A stretch of DNA of 64,000 nucleotides from a virus. Under the pieces are notes generated by a model. It did no database searches, was not told where the DNA came from, and saw nothing but the letters and a program-made list of their open reading frames with translations. The stretch spans positions 8,400 through 72,399 of the IMG/VR virus record IMGVR_UViG_3300036398_003294, one strand, 5' to 3'. Shown piece after piece: positions 21,301 through 29,661 of the stretch (the stretch's first letter is position 1; every line of letters starts with the position of its first letter). The position numbers and the translations under genes were made by a program.

Positions 21301-23560
21301 TTCTTTAGGTGGTGGTGCATTAAAAGAAAGATTGATCTTAAGAAATCGTTTCTTTCAAGGCAACACTTATTTCTTACCAAGTGGTGAATTAGGTATCCGT
21401 GTAGTAGCAGGTAGCTTATTAACAAAAGCAGGTTTGAAATCAAGTTTTGCATCTGCAATTAAAGGTGCAGTCGTTCAACAACCTACATTAAAGTTATTAA
21501 CAGGTTGGACAGAACAAAAGACTGCTGATAGTCAACCTGCTGTGAAGTTCTATAATGGTACTAACAATTCATATCCTGCCAATAATACTTTATTGTTAGA
21601 TGTGAATGGTACTATTGTTAGTGTAGAATTTACATCTAGTGCCACAGGTACTTTAACTTGTGTAGGTGAAAGCATTGTAGATGGTTTGATTTTGATTTCA
21701 AATTCTATTGTAGATCAAATCAATAATGCTTTTGCTGATGCAGGTGTAGATGCGATTGTAGAGGCAAGTCAAGAAGGTGCAGGCATTCGTATTGTAGGTG
21801 GTGGATCTTTTGTAAATAGTTATCTTAAAGTTTTAAATGGTAGTGCAAATGAAACTTTAGGTTTAACTGCAAACCAAACTTCTACTTCTACAAATGTAAG
21901 TGCAAGTCAAATTGTAAGTGCATTAATGAGCCATCAATCAAATACTTTAACAGATTTGCTTTTTGGTGAAACTCTTGCAAATGACTACTTTAAATCTAAG
22001 GCTGTTGCTTTTGTACATATTTCAGCTACCAATAAGCAATATTTGGCAATTGAAAGTTTAAGCACAGGTGTTGGATCTATTGTAGATTTCACAGGTGGTA
22101 ATGCAATCACAACCAAAGGCACAGGCTTAAAGATTACTACTACAGATGGTGCAGTTGGTGAAGATGCTAAACAAGGTTTCTATGTAAAATCAAGTATCTC
22201 TAATGGATCAGGTTCAGCAAACACTTCTATTTTTAATAGTGGTGTTGGTCAAGATGGTTTCATTGGTCAAACTTATGTAGATGCAGTAACAGGATTGACA
22301 TTTACCATTTTGCCAAGAGATGGTGGTGTAGATTATCCTCAAGATGCAAATGCTTTCTTTAAATGGAATGTAAGTCAAAACATCACTTGTAATGCAAATA
22401 TTCCTAAGAACTTTGTTAATGGTGTATCTGTAATCGTATCAAATACAACAGGTGTAGCAGTAGGTGATACAGCAAACCTTGAAACATTTGATAAAGGTGG
22501 CAGTGAACCTGATATTGGTCAAGTATATTATATCTCTTATACACAAGAGAAAGTAGACTACACAACAAAGGTCTTTAATAGCATTGCAGATGTAGTCGCT
22601 GAATATGGTGATATATCAACACAAAATCCATTATCTTTAGGTGCATACTTAACGATTTTGAATGGTGCAGGTACAATTGCTTGTAAGCAAATTAAGAGAT
22701 TAGCAAATACAGCTGAAATCACAGAAACACAAATGATCGAGGCAATCGATTCAATTGAAGGTGGCATCACAGCAACCTTAACACCATCTGTAATTTTGCC
22801 ATTAATCCCTGCAAGTGAAAGTTTGTTAAGTCATATTAGCAAGCATTGTGATTTACAAAGTTCATTAAGATTTAGATCTGAAAGAACAGCGATTTTAGGT
22901 TTTGCTAGTGGTACTATTCCTAAAGAGGCAGGTCGTTTGGCAAACCTTACAGGATCAAGTCGTGTTCGTGTAGTATATCCTGATATTGCAAGTTTAACTT
23001 TGACAAACACTTTGGGAAATCCTGTTACTTATATTGTAGATGGTCGTTATCTTGCTTGTGCAGTAGCTGGTACAACAACATCTCTTAATATTGATGTTGC
23101 TACCCCATGGGAATCAAGACAAGTAAATGGTTTCAATGGTGTATTGAGAAACCTTACACCTGTTGAGGCAAATGCTACAGCAGTTAAAGGTGTATCTATC
23201 CTTGAAAATGCAGGCACTACCATTAAGATTAGACATGGTTTAACAACCAATATGTCTTCTGTATTGACTAAGACACCTACAATCATTCAAATTGCAGATC
23301 AAGTTCAAAGAACGATGAGAGGTGTTTTGGATGGATTTATTGGTGTTAAGAATTTACCTGTGATTCAATCACAAGTATTGTTAGCAGTCAATAATGAATT
23401 TCAAAGACTTGTATCTAGTGGCATCATTGAATCATATACAGGTTTAGCAGTCGTTCAAGATCCTGAAGATGCAACAGGGTTATTGATTAATGCTTTCTAC
23501 AAGCCTGTATTCCCATTATTGTATATTCAATTTACATTCAATGTTCGCTCTAATGGATAG
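18362..23560 (+). CDS. Contractile tail sheath protein with large inserted domains
   Basis: N-terminal YAPPGVYTQT; C-terminal ERTAILG, RVRVVYP, IRHGLTT, YKPVFPLLYIQFTF sheath core. Confidence 0.9.
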   Translation: MAIQGGYAPPGVYTQTVFDSPLPSSNFTGQIPLLLGAGKETIQSVGVQMIRGSSSSVDQRIVNENMSGRAVLGFNPDGTPILGDFNGTATKVQVQKFPMVDGTGGGVVATDSSSVTAYVNGQVTVVLSVDGAKGIVDTVLVSYFFKRTDTLVEDENISSQITTTQAEIIGSNGSFDFDALSNVFVFLVDGVQYSISLPTVSTGTREDDLNRVVAIINSGSYGSLEASSYTDNFNQENLQLNANGSIVIGNGSANAKLGLVVNQSTSRNKTFFTSHYPIVDGTNGGITTTDITDVVVKLNGAVISPASVDGSNGSITLKDAPATDATLTVTYYFNNFRDQFDYIPSTGVVSVESISLVSDGSGGASSNFIEGVSWVLKDDKIVWGTSVLVGAGETSLGATAFNDSQITASLKDDKVYLVECERVIDTSVVPPRALPSTFKLPYQPVDGTGSGTPTSRADLVEVKVGYNFTDAIEKANSVVVRVNPSDSTIVLAEEVEEGKQVYATFYYNTLTDSTIGGNNQYQFVCLSDGASGSGKYQVLKQGSALHDVTLGTKGSSLNGVDLSFPSGSELLPDARITTGTPVNETVTVTFTSSKPASALFISGGASPYFTIKDTSDQINLSIDEAVVTGGVSLSAPTGTGRFGAIAHIVGDVLPYTVESGLQDLGTISAGNDSLQLKLDNDDVVVNIGTVANCTADDIANAINIACNSVSAKYQAMTTMNGGVEIIANSHDTLSFQFVGNTHGTVGEIAITLTDAVYSTANALATELETQINSALVDALLQYEVNGVTQGIIISVSANSQGRLIFSLDQIGKKFEILDAVDIIPGEVYVIKTVGGTDFTAVGSADNNIGTTFTADEFGIILGGVGTVVHAITELVEETAGSFVVGETYTITVAGTTDFTLIGAANNLVGTTFIALGAGALGTTGKAERNVDLEDTYGYLEFISQADPEDDFAIIAGIDTDDADGTQTKFGLLPVAQVASTSLGGGALKERLILRNRFFQGNTYFLPSGELGIRVVAGSLLTKAGLKSSFASAIKGAVVQQPTLKLLTGWTEQKTADSQPAVKFYNGTNNSYPANNTLLLDVNGTIVSVEFTSSATGTLTCVGESIVDGLILISNSIVDQINNAFADAGVDAIVEASQEGAGIRIVGGGSFVNSYLKVLNGSANETLGLTANQTSTSTNVSASQIVSALMSHQSNTLTDLLFGETLANDYFKSKAVAFVHISATNKQYLAIESLSTGVGSIVDFTGGNAITTKGTGLKITTTDGAVGEDAKQGFYVKSSISNGSGSANTSIFNSGVGQDGFIGQTYVDAVTGLTFTILPRDGGVDYPQDANAFFKWNVSQNITCNANIPKNFVNGVSVIVSNTTGVAVGDTANLETFDKGGSEPDIGQVYYISYTQEKVDYTTKVFNSIADVVAEYGDISTQNPLSLGAYLTILNGAGTIACKQIKRLANTAEITETQMIEAIDSIEGGITATLTPSVILPLIPASESLLSHISKHCDLQSSLRFRSERTAILGFASGTIPKEAGRLANLTGSSRVRVVYPDIASLTLTNTLGNPVTYIVDGRYLACAVAGTTTSLNIDVATPWESRQVNGFNGVLRNLTPVEANATAVKGVSILENAGTTIKIRHGLTTNMSSVLTKTPTIIQIADQVQRTMRGVLDGFIGVKNLPVIQSQVLLAVNNEFQRLVSSGIIESYTGLAVVQDPEDATGLLINAFYKPVFPLLYIQFTFNVRSNG

Positions 23561-23579
23561 TAGAAAAATTTAATAAAAG

Positions 23580-23608
23580 TTGCAATGAAAGCCTTTGTGT
23601 AAGTGTTT
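23580..23608 (+). promoter_or_regulatory. Conserved motif copy 4
   Basis: ttgcaat gaaa gc ctttgtgt aagtgttt. Confidence 0.75.
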
Positions 23609-23640
23609 TATATATGTAAAGAAAAACACTTACACAAAGG
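23592..23640. repeat. Perfect 18-bp inverted repeat (13-nt loop) overlapping motif copy 4 and the RBS of the next gene
   Basis: cctttgtgtaagtgtttt (23592-23609) / aaaacacttacacaaagg (23623-23640). Confidence 0.85.
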
Positions 23641-23649
23641 AAAAACAAA

Positions 23650-24000
23650 ATGGAAAACTTAGATCAAGTTATTCAAAATCTTAATGACAAAAATTGGAAT
23701 GAAGAAGAATGTTGCATTGATGGTGCAGAAGTTCTTTGCAATATGTTAAATAGTTTTGATGATCTTCAAGTAAAATTTAAACTCAAAGCAAAGAGTTTTA
23801 CTAGAGAAGAAAATAGAATTTATTTTGGTAGAAACTTGAAATTTCAAATTGTCATCCTTGAAGACAAAATGGCATATGTTGCAAGAAATGATGGTTGGTT
23901 TGGACATGATTCTGAATCAGGACATCCATACTCATGGCATAAACTAGTGACTAAACCTGAATGGTTGAAGAAAGTGATTTTACATTATATCAATCAATAA
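23650..24000 (+). CDS. Hypothetical accessory protein
   Basis: RBS AAGGA; behind motif copy 4. Confidence 0.75.
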   Translation: MENLDQVIQNLNDKNWNEEECCIDGAEVLCNMLNSFDDLQVKFKLKAKSFTREENRIYFGRNLKFQIVILEDKMAYVARNDGWFGHDSESGHPYSWHKLVTKPEWLKKVILHYINQ

Positions 24001-24050
24001 TTATTTAATTGACTGATCCTTTGTATATCTCAACATAAAGGATCATTTAA

Positions 24051-24785
24051 ATGAAGTATTCATATATTAGTAAATATGCTAGTCCAACTTCGATTGTGAA
24101 ATTAGCTTTTGGCAATCTCTTTAATTTAATTCCTATCGATAAAGAAAAGATTGTAGCAGATGCTTTGATAACAGCTTTAGCAGATGCCATTTTGAATTTA
24201 AAAGTGTATGCTACTAAATCACTCACACCATTAGAAAAGATTTTAGGTGAAGCGATTTTGACTAAACCAAGTTTTGCAAATTCTAAAGAAATCAAAGTGG
24301 ATGATGTAATTGTAGGATTTAGAATGTTCTTTCAAGGTAATATCTTACATACCGACATGGCTAAAAAGTTATTAAAGGCAGTCAAGAATTATGGCAACCA
24401 AACGGATCTTTTAAATGCTATTAAATCTGACTTGTCTACTGATGCTGGTAAAACACAATTGATGAAAGAAATTCAAAGTCAAATTAAAGGCTTTGAAGAT
24501 GGTGAAGAGGATGACAGTTGGGATGATAGTGAGGAAGGATTTTTTGAAGATGAACAAATCGAAGATTTTATTGATAAGGTATTTCAAGAAAATATTAATT
24601 TGGCAAAAGAGAATGTTGGACAAATTCCGGGCATTGGTGTGATTGTGATTGACGAACAAAATCTAGCTGAAACAGAATTAGAAAAGATTGTGATGTCTTT
24701 TGAAGTGAATCGCTTAAATGTAGGCATTGAGATGAGTTGCGAATATAAAATCAAAGCACATAGATATATTGACGAAGAAATGTAG
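24051..24785 (+). CDS. Hypothetical protein with acidic tract
   Basis: 244-aa ORF, AAAGGA RBS. Confidence 0.75.
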   Translation: MKYSYISKYASPTSIVKLAFGNLFNLIPIDKEKIVADALITALADAILNLKVYATKSLTPLEKILGEAILTKPSFANSKEIKVDDVIVGFRMFFQGNILHTDMAKKLLKAVKNYGNQTDLLNAIKSDLSTDAGKTQLMKEIQSQIKGFEDGEEDDSWDDSEEGFFEDEQIEDFIDKVFQENINLAKENVGQIPGIGVIVIDEQNLAETELEKIVMSFEVNRLNVGIEMSCEYKIKAHRYIDEEM

Positions 24786-24831
24786 CAAAATAATATAATA
24801 TGATTGAACTCTTTTTATTAAAAGGACAATC

Positions 24832-27432
24832 ATGTTTTCAGATTTCTTTGAATCACTACAAAGACCAGATGTTAAACCTAAAAAATGGATGAGAGAAGTA
24901 GATCTCATTTTAGGTACAAAAGATAATATTAAACAAGCTATTGATGAGTGTTTAGCATCTAGTCATTATGGCATAGACTTAGAAACAACAGGTTTAGATA
25001 ATCGTGTTTTTCATGGTAGAACAAGAGCATCTATTGTAGGTATTTCTATTGCACCTAATGAAAAGAAAGCATATTATTTTCCTATTAGACATAGTGCAGG
25101 TACAGAACATAATGTTTCATGGTCAATTATAGATAGAGAATTTAGTCGCTTGCTCAGTGTAAATGCTACAGCTATTCCTGTGTTTCATAATGGTGCTTTC
25201 GATCAAGAGTTTTTAGAATATAATGGAGAAACTCTTTTAGGTAAAGAACGATTTGAAAATCCAAAGTTATGGGAAGATAACTATATTATGGCTTGTCTTA
25301 TGAATAGTCGTGATAAAGGTGGTCGTGGTCTTAAAGATATGTCTAAAGATAAATTAGGTTGGGAAATGATCGAACTTGATGAACTCATTCCTAAATCTAA
25401 AATTAAAGATTATTCTACTCTTGATCCATCTTGGGAAGCCTGTGTTTGGTATGCAGGTGCAGATGCTTTATGTACTCTTAAACTCTATAATATCTTAAAA
25501 GACTTGTTTCCTAAAGAAATGATTAGTCTTTATATGATCGAAAAGAAATGCAATACTTCAGTTAGGTGGATGCACAGAAACAGAGTTTATATTGATCAAA
25601 AGAAAACACAAGAGTTTATTAAGATTGGTCAAAAGGAATGGATGGATAGTCTTATTGAAGTGTATGAAGGTGCAAAGGAATTACTTGGTAGAGATGTCAT
25701 GCCTGCATACATTAAAATTATGAAAGGTGATCTAAAAGGTGTCAATAAGTTTAACACGGATAATACAGACAGCTTTAAAGATTGCATAGACGAGGCAAGA
25801 AAAGAAGCTGATCGTATGTATCCACATTTAGATATGGCAGGTGAAGATTTTGTAGCTAGAAAAATGGTAGCATCTTTGACTAATCCAAAACAAAAAGAAG
25901 AAGTAGTCTTTGAATATAAATATGATATTTTATCATCTCAACAATTAGGCATGATGTTTAGAGAATTAGAAGTACCTAATTTACAAACTACAGCAAGTGG
26001 ACAAGTCGCAACAGGTGCAGATGTTTTAGATGAAGTGATTGAAGAGGCATCGGATACTTTTCCATTTGTAAGAAAGATTAAAAGATTAAGAGAACTAGCT
26101 AAAGCACTTGGTCAATATCTTATACCTATGAAAGAGGATGTTGCAGATGATGGTACATTAAAACCAAAATTTAATCAGTTTGGAGCAGATACAGGTCGTT
26201 TTAGTTGTGGTACAACAAGTAAGCCATGGGAGACAAAAGATGGTGGTTGTAGAGTACCTTTTCAAGGCATACCATCAGGATATGATCCAAAAAGACCAAT
26301 GATTACTTCAAGGTTAAGAGAATGTATAGCAGTAAGAAATCCTGATCATTATTTAGTGGCAATTGACTATGCAGGTGTTGAATTAAGAATTGTAACAAAT
26401 ATTAGTCAAGAGCCTTTATGGATTGAAGAATTTTTTAGATGTTCATCATGCAATCGTAAATACACTAAAGAAAGAGGTGAAGATGGATTTCCTATCGTAC
26501 CACCAGCTATTTGTATTTGTGGATCAGATAAGATAGGTGATTTGCATACATTGACAGCAGTTGCTTTTTATGGCGAAGAGGCAAAGAAAAGACCTGATTG
26601 GAAAGCATTAAGAGGCAATGCAAAAGGTGTAAACTTTGCATTATGTTATGGTGGTACAGGTAAAGCAGTGGTTAGAACGATTAACTGTACACAAGAAGAA
26701 GGTGATGAGAAATACCAAACCTTTACAAAGACATATAAAGGTTTAACAAAGTGGTGGAAAAAGGAAGTGGATTTTGCCAAAGAGAATGGATATGTATTAA
26801 CAGCATTTGGTCGAAGAATGTTGATGCCTGATATTAAATCTAAAGAGTTTTCTTTGAGATCAAAGGATGAACGAAAGGCAGTAAATTCACCTGTGCAAGG
26901 TACAAGTGCAGATATTACTAAGATTGCAATGAGTTTAATTTATGAGAATGTTAAAAAGAGAAATTGGTTTGACAAGCTAATGATGATTTTAACAGTGCAT
27001 GATGAAATTGTATTTGAAATCCATAAAGATATCATAGGCGAGGCAATACCATTGTTATGTGATATTATGGTAAGGAATAAAGCATTGCAAAATAAGAATT
27101 GGATTGTGCCTTTAACAGTGGATGTAGAAATAGGTAAAGATTGGTCTGTGCCTTATGATTTGAAAGAGTTAAGAGAAGGCAAAGGAGAAGATGAATTTTT
27201 AGTGAATGCTTTTAAAGTGGATCATAGTGGACAGCCAAAGCCAAAGGTATTAAATGAAACTACCTTAAGCACAGAGCAAGAAGAAAAAACAAAGCATTAT
27301 GAGATTTACGAATTGAATGAGTTATCGTATAGTGAGGCAGATCGATTATCTGAATGGATTAAGTTAAATACAGGTAAAGACATTAAGATTATGTATCAAG
27401 GTAGAGATGTATCTATCTTATTAAAGGATTAA
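24832..27432 (+). CDS. polA: Family A DNA polymerase with 3'-5' exonuclease
   Basis: ExoI DLETTG, ExoII FHNGAFD, ExoIII YAGAD; TGRFS; motif A DYAGVELRI; motif B KGVNFALCYG; NSPVQGTSADI; motif C VHDE. Confidence 0.97.
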   Translation: MFSDFFESLQRPDVKPKKWMREVDLILGTKDNIKQAIDECLASSHYGIDLETTGLDNRVFHGRTRASIVGISIAPNEKKAYYFPIRHSAGTEHNVSWSIIDREFSRLLSVNATAIPVFHNGAFDQEFLEYNGETLLGKERFENPKLWEDNYIMACLMNSRDKGGRGLKDMSKDKLGWEMIELDELIPKSKIKDYSTLDPSWEACVWYAGADALCTLKLYNILKDLFPKEMISLYMIEKKCNTSVRWMHRNRVYIDQKKTQEFIKIGQKEWMDSLIEVYEGAKELLGRDVMPAYIKIMKGDLKGVNKFNTDNTDSFKDCIDEARKEADRMYPHLDMAGEDFVARKMVASLTNPKQKEEVVFEYKYDILSSQQLGMMFRELEVPNLQTTASGQVATGADVLDEVIEEASDTFPFVRKIKRLRELAKALGQYLIPMKEDVADDGTLKPKFNQFGADTGRFSCGTTSKPWETKDGGCRVPFQGIPSGYDPKRPMITSRLRECIAVRNPDHYLVAIDYAGVELRIVTNISQEPLWIEEFFRCSSCNRKYTKERGEDGFPIVPPAICICGSDKIGDLHTLTAVAFYGEEAKKRPDWKALRGNAKGVNFALCYGGTGKAVVRTINCTQEEGDEKYQTFTKTYKGLTKWWKKEVDFAKENGYVLTAFGRRMLMPDIKSKEFSLRSKDERKAVNSPVQGTSADITKIAMSLIYENVKKRNWFDKLMMILTVHDEIVFEIHKDIIGEAIPLLCDIMVRNKALQNKNWIVPLTVDVEIGKDWSVPYDLKELREGKGEDEFLVNAFKVDHSGQPKPKVLNETTLSTEQEEKTKHYEIYELNELSYSEADRLSEWIKLNTGKDIKIMYQGRDVSILLKD

Positions 27433-27439
27433 ATTAAAA

Positions 27440-27664
27440 ATGATCTGTTGGTTTGAAAATCATAGCAATACCATACAATACAATCCCACTCATGTATTTT
27501 TGTCGTCTTCAATATCTAATAACAAGCATGGTTTTCCTATATTAAATAAAGAGAGTTTTAGAAATTCAGTATCTCTTTTTTTAAGTAGGTCAAATACAAA
27601 TAGCAATTGGATAATCCAGCCTAATGTGTACTTAAAACCAAGTAAAGGAAATAAGTTAAAATGA
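27440..27664 (+). CDS. Array member 1 (putative TRD-like mini-protein)
   Basis: MICWFEN...SFRNSVSLFLSR...W...YLKP. Confidence 0.85.
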   Translation: MICWFENHSNTIQYNPTHVFLSSSISNNKHGFPILNKESFRNSVSLFLSRSNTNSNWIIQPNVYLKPSKGNKLK

Positions 27665-27888
27665 TTTTTAGTTTTGAGATGTCGGCAAATGAAGTGAAAA
27701 GAAATACAAGATTTGTGTTAATCACATCAAGTTCTTTTGGTAATACAGGAGTTCCTATTCAAGAAAACAATTTTAGAGATGCCTTAGCTTTCTATATTGT
27801 TAGGACAGGTGGTCTTATGGATTCAAGAAAATATGAGAATTGGCATCGTGCTAATGATATGTATTTTAAACCTAATGGGGATAAATAA
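27661..27888 (+). CDS. Array member 2 (most divergent)
   Basis: MIFSFE...NFRDALAFYIVR...W...YFKP. Confidence 0.8.
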   Translation: MIFSFEMSANEVKRNTRFVLITSSSFGNTGVPIQENNFRDALAFYIVRTGGLMDSRKYENWHRANDMYFKPNGDK

Positions 27889-27891
27889 AAA

Positions 27892-28119
27892 ATGATCTGT
27901 TGGTTTGAAAATTCAAATAATGACATCACTTCTATTGATTCTCATGTTTTCTTTTTATCTTGTGTATCAAGTAGGCATTCAGGATATTATATAGATGAGA
28001 AAAACTTTAGGCAGAATATATCTATATATATAGCAAGAGGAAGGGATGTTATAAATAGAACATGGGTGAATAATTGTGATCGGTATTATGCACCACATCT
28101 TAATAAGGAGGGTAAGTAA
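27892..28119 (+). CDS. Array member 3
   Basis: MICWFEN...NFRQNISIYIAR...W...YYAP. Confidence 0.85.
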   Translation: MICWFENSNNDITSIDSHVFFLSCVSSRHSGYYIDEKNFRQNISIYIARGRDVINRTWVNNCDRYYAPHLNKEGK

Positions 28120-28121
28120 AA

Positions 28122-28340
28122 ATGATCTGTTGGTTTCACTCACATGGCAATTTAGTTCGATATAATAAAGAGATCGTGTTTCTGATAAACAATTATCAAG
28201 GAGCAGGTTTCCATATACATAAGGGAGATTCATTTAGAAGATCAATCGCTTTATTTAACACAAGAGCCTTAGTACAGCCTAACGGAAAAAATTGGTATAT
28301 GGATTGTGATGTTCATTTAGCACCAAATGGAGATAAGTAA
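28122..28340 (+). CDS. Array member 4
   Basis: MICWFH...SFRRSIALFNTR...W...HLAP. Confidence 0.85.
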   Translation: MICWFHSHGNLVRYNKEIVFLINNYQGAGFHIHKGDSFRRSIALFNTRALVQPNGKNWYMDCDVHLAPNGDK

Positions 28341-28342
28341 AA

Positions 28343-28567
28343 ATGATATGTTGGTTTGAAAATGATAGTAATAATGTAATGTCAAATACAAATTTTGTAT
28401 TTCTAATGAGTTCGATCTCAAGTCGTCATTCAGGTATGTATTTACAAGAAGAAAATTTTAGATTAGGAATAGCTTTATACATAGCTAGAGATAGAAAACT
28501 CATTAAACCAAATTGGAAGTATGATATTGATCCGTATTTTAAGCCAAATGGAGATAAGTTAAAATGA
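28343..28567 (+). CDS. Array member 5
   Basis: MICWFEN...NFRLGIALYIAR...W...YFKP. Confidence 0.85.
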   Translation: MICWFENDSNNVMSNTNFVFLMSSISSRHSGMYLQEENFRLGIALYIARDRKLIKPNWKYDIDPYFKPNGDKLK

Positions 28568-28782
28568 TTTGTTGGTTTGAGAATGATAGTAATGATGTTC
28601 GCTCAATAGATAACTATGTTTTTCTATTAGGTTCTATATCTAGTCGTAAAACAGGATTCCATTTACACAACCAAAATTTTCGTTTAGGTATGGCATTATA
28701 CCTAGCAAGAGGAAGGGATGTTATAAATAAGACATGGATAAATCAATCTGATGCCTATTTAGCACCAAAGGATAAAAAATGA
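28564..28782 (+). CDS. Array member 6
   Basis: MICWFEN...NFRLGMALYLAR...WINQSDAYLAP. Confidence 0.85.
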   Translation: MICWFENDSNDVRSIDNYVFLLGSISSRKTGFHLHNQNFRLGMALYLARGRDVINKTWINQSDAYLAPKDKK

Positions 28783-29003
28783 TTTGTTGGTTTGTCAATA
28801 AAGGTAATGCACCTGAAGCTAATGAACATAATGTTTTTTTATTGTCTAGTGTATCGCCCAAAAGAGTAGGTGAGATGGTAGATGAAAGAAACTTTAGAAG
28901 GTTTGTAGCTTTATCTACAGCAAAGGGTAGAGAAGTCGTAGGTCGAGGTGAGTGGATTTTAAACCATAATTTATATTTAGCACCTAAGAAAGGATTAAGA
29001 TAA
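28779..29003 (+). CDS. Array member 7
   Basis: MICWFVN...NFRRFVALSTAK...W...YLAP. Confidence 0.85.
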   Translation: MICWFVNKGNAPEANEHNVFLLSSVSPKRVGEMVDERNFRRFVALSTAKGREVVGRGEWILNHNLYLAPKKGLR

Positions 29004-29004
29004 A

Positions 29005-29223
29005 ATGCTATATTGGTTTCATCATGGTGGAAATAGATTTCAATATAATGAAAAGCTATGTCACTATATCAACAATTATGAGGGAGCTGGTCTTGTGATC
29101 ACAAAAGAAAACTTCAGAAGATGTATGGCATTGTCGATTGCAAGAGCAAGAGAAATCGTAGGCAGGAATAATTGGATAGTGGACTCTGATTTATATATTT
29201 CACCAAAGGATAAGATAAAATGA
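29005..29223 (+). CDS. Array member 8
   Basis: MLYWFH...ENFRRCMALSIAR...W...YISP. Confidence 0.85.
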   Translation: MLYWFHHGGNRFQYNEKLCHYINNYEGAGLVITKENFRRCMALSIARAREIVGRNNWIVDSDLYISPKDKIK

Positions 29224-29450
29224 TCTGTTGGTTTGAGAATGTAGGCAGTTGCACTACAACAAATAGAGTAGTTTGTTATATGGTATCTTATCCGTCACCT
29301 AGTGGAAATGGTATTTGTATCTATGCAGGCTCAAACTTTAGAGAATTTATTTCTTTTTCTGTTTGTAAAAGTGATTATCTCATTCCACAATCAAATTGGC
29401 TTACACATAGTAATAGATACCTAGCACCTAAGAAAGATAAGTTAAAATGA
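29220..29450 (+). CDS. Array member 9
   Basis: MICWFEN...NFREFISF...W...YLAP. Confidence 0.85.
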   Translation: MICWFENVGSCTTTNRVVCYMVSYPSPSGNGICIYAGSNFREFISFSVCKSDYLIPQSNWLTHSNRYLAPKKDKLK

Positions 29451-29659
29451 TCTGTTGGCTTAATAATAATAGTAATGATGTTTTTCAGAATACAATGACT
29501 GTGTTTTTAATATCCTCATTTGCAAGTAAGGCACATGGACTTTATGTACATAAAGAAAATTTTAGAAATTCGATATCTCTTTTTTTAAGTAGATCTAATA
29601 CAAATAGCAATTGGATAAATCAATCAGATGCCTATCTAGCACCTAAGAAAGATAAATAA
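29447..29659 (+). CDS. Array member 10
   Basis: MICWLNN...ENFRNSISLFLSR...WINQSDAYLAP. Confidence 0.85.
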   Translation: MICWLNNNSNDVFQNTMTVFLISSFASKAHGLYVHKENFRNSISLFLSRSNTNSNWINQSDAYLAPKKDK

Positions 29660-29661
29660 AA

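Noticed and set aside
24832-27432. Intein or intron in the polymerase
   Set aside because: All motifs lie in one frame; no C/S...HN splice junction or homing endonuclease motif seen
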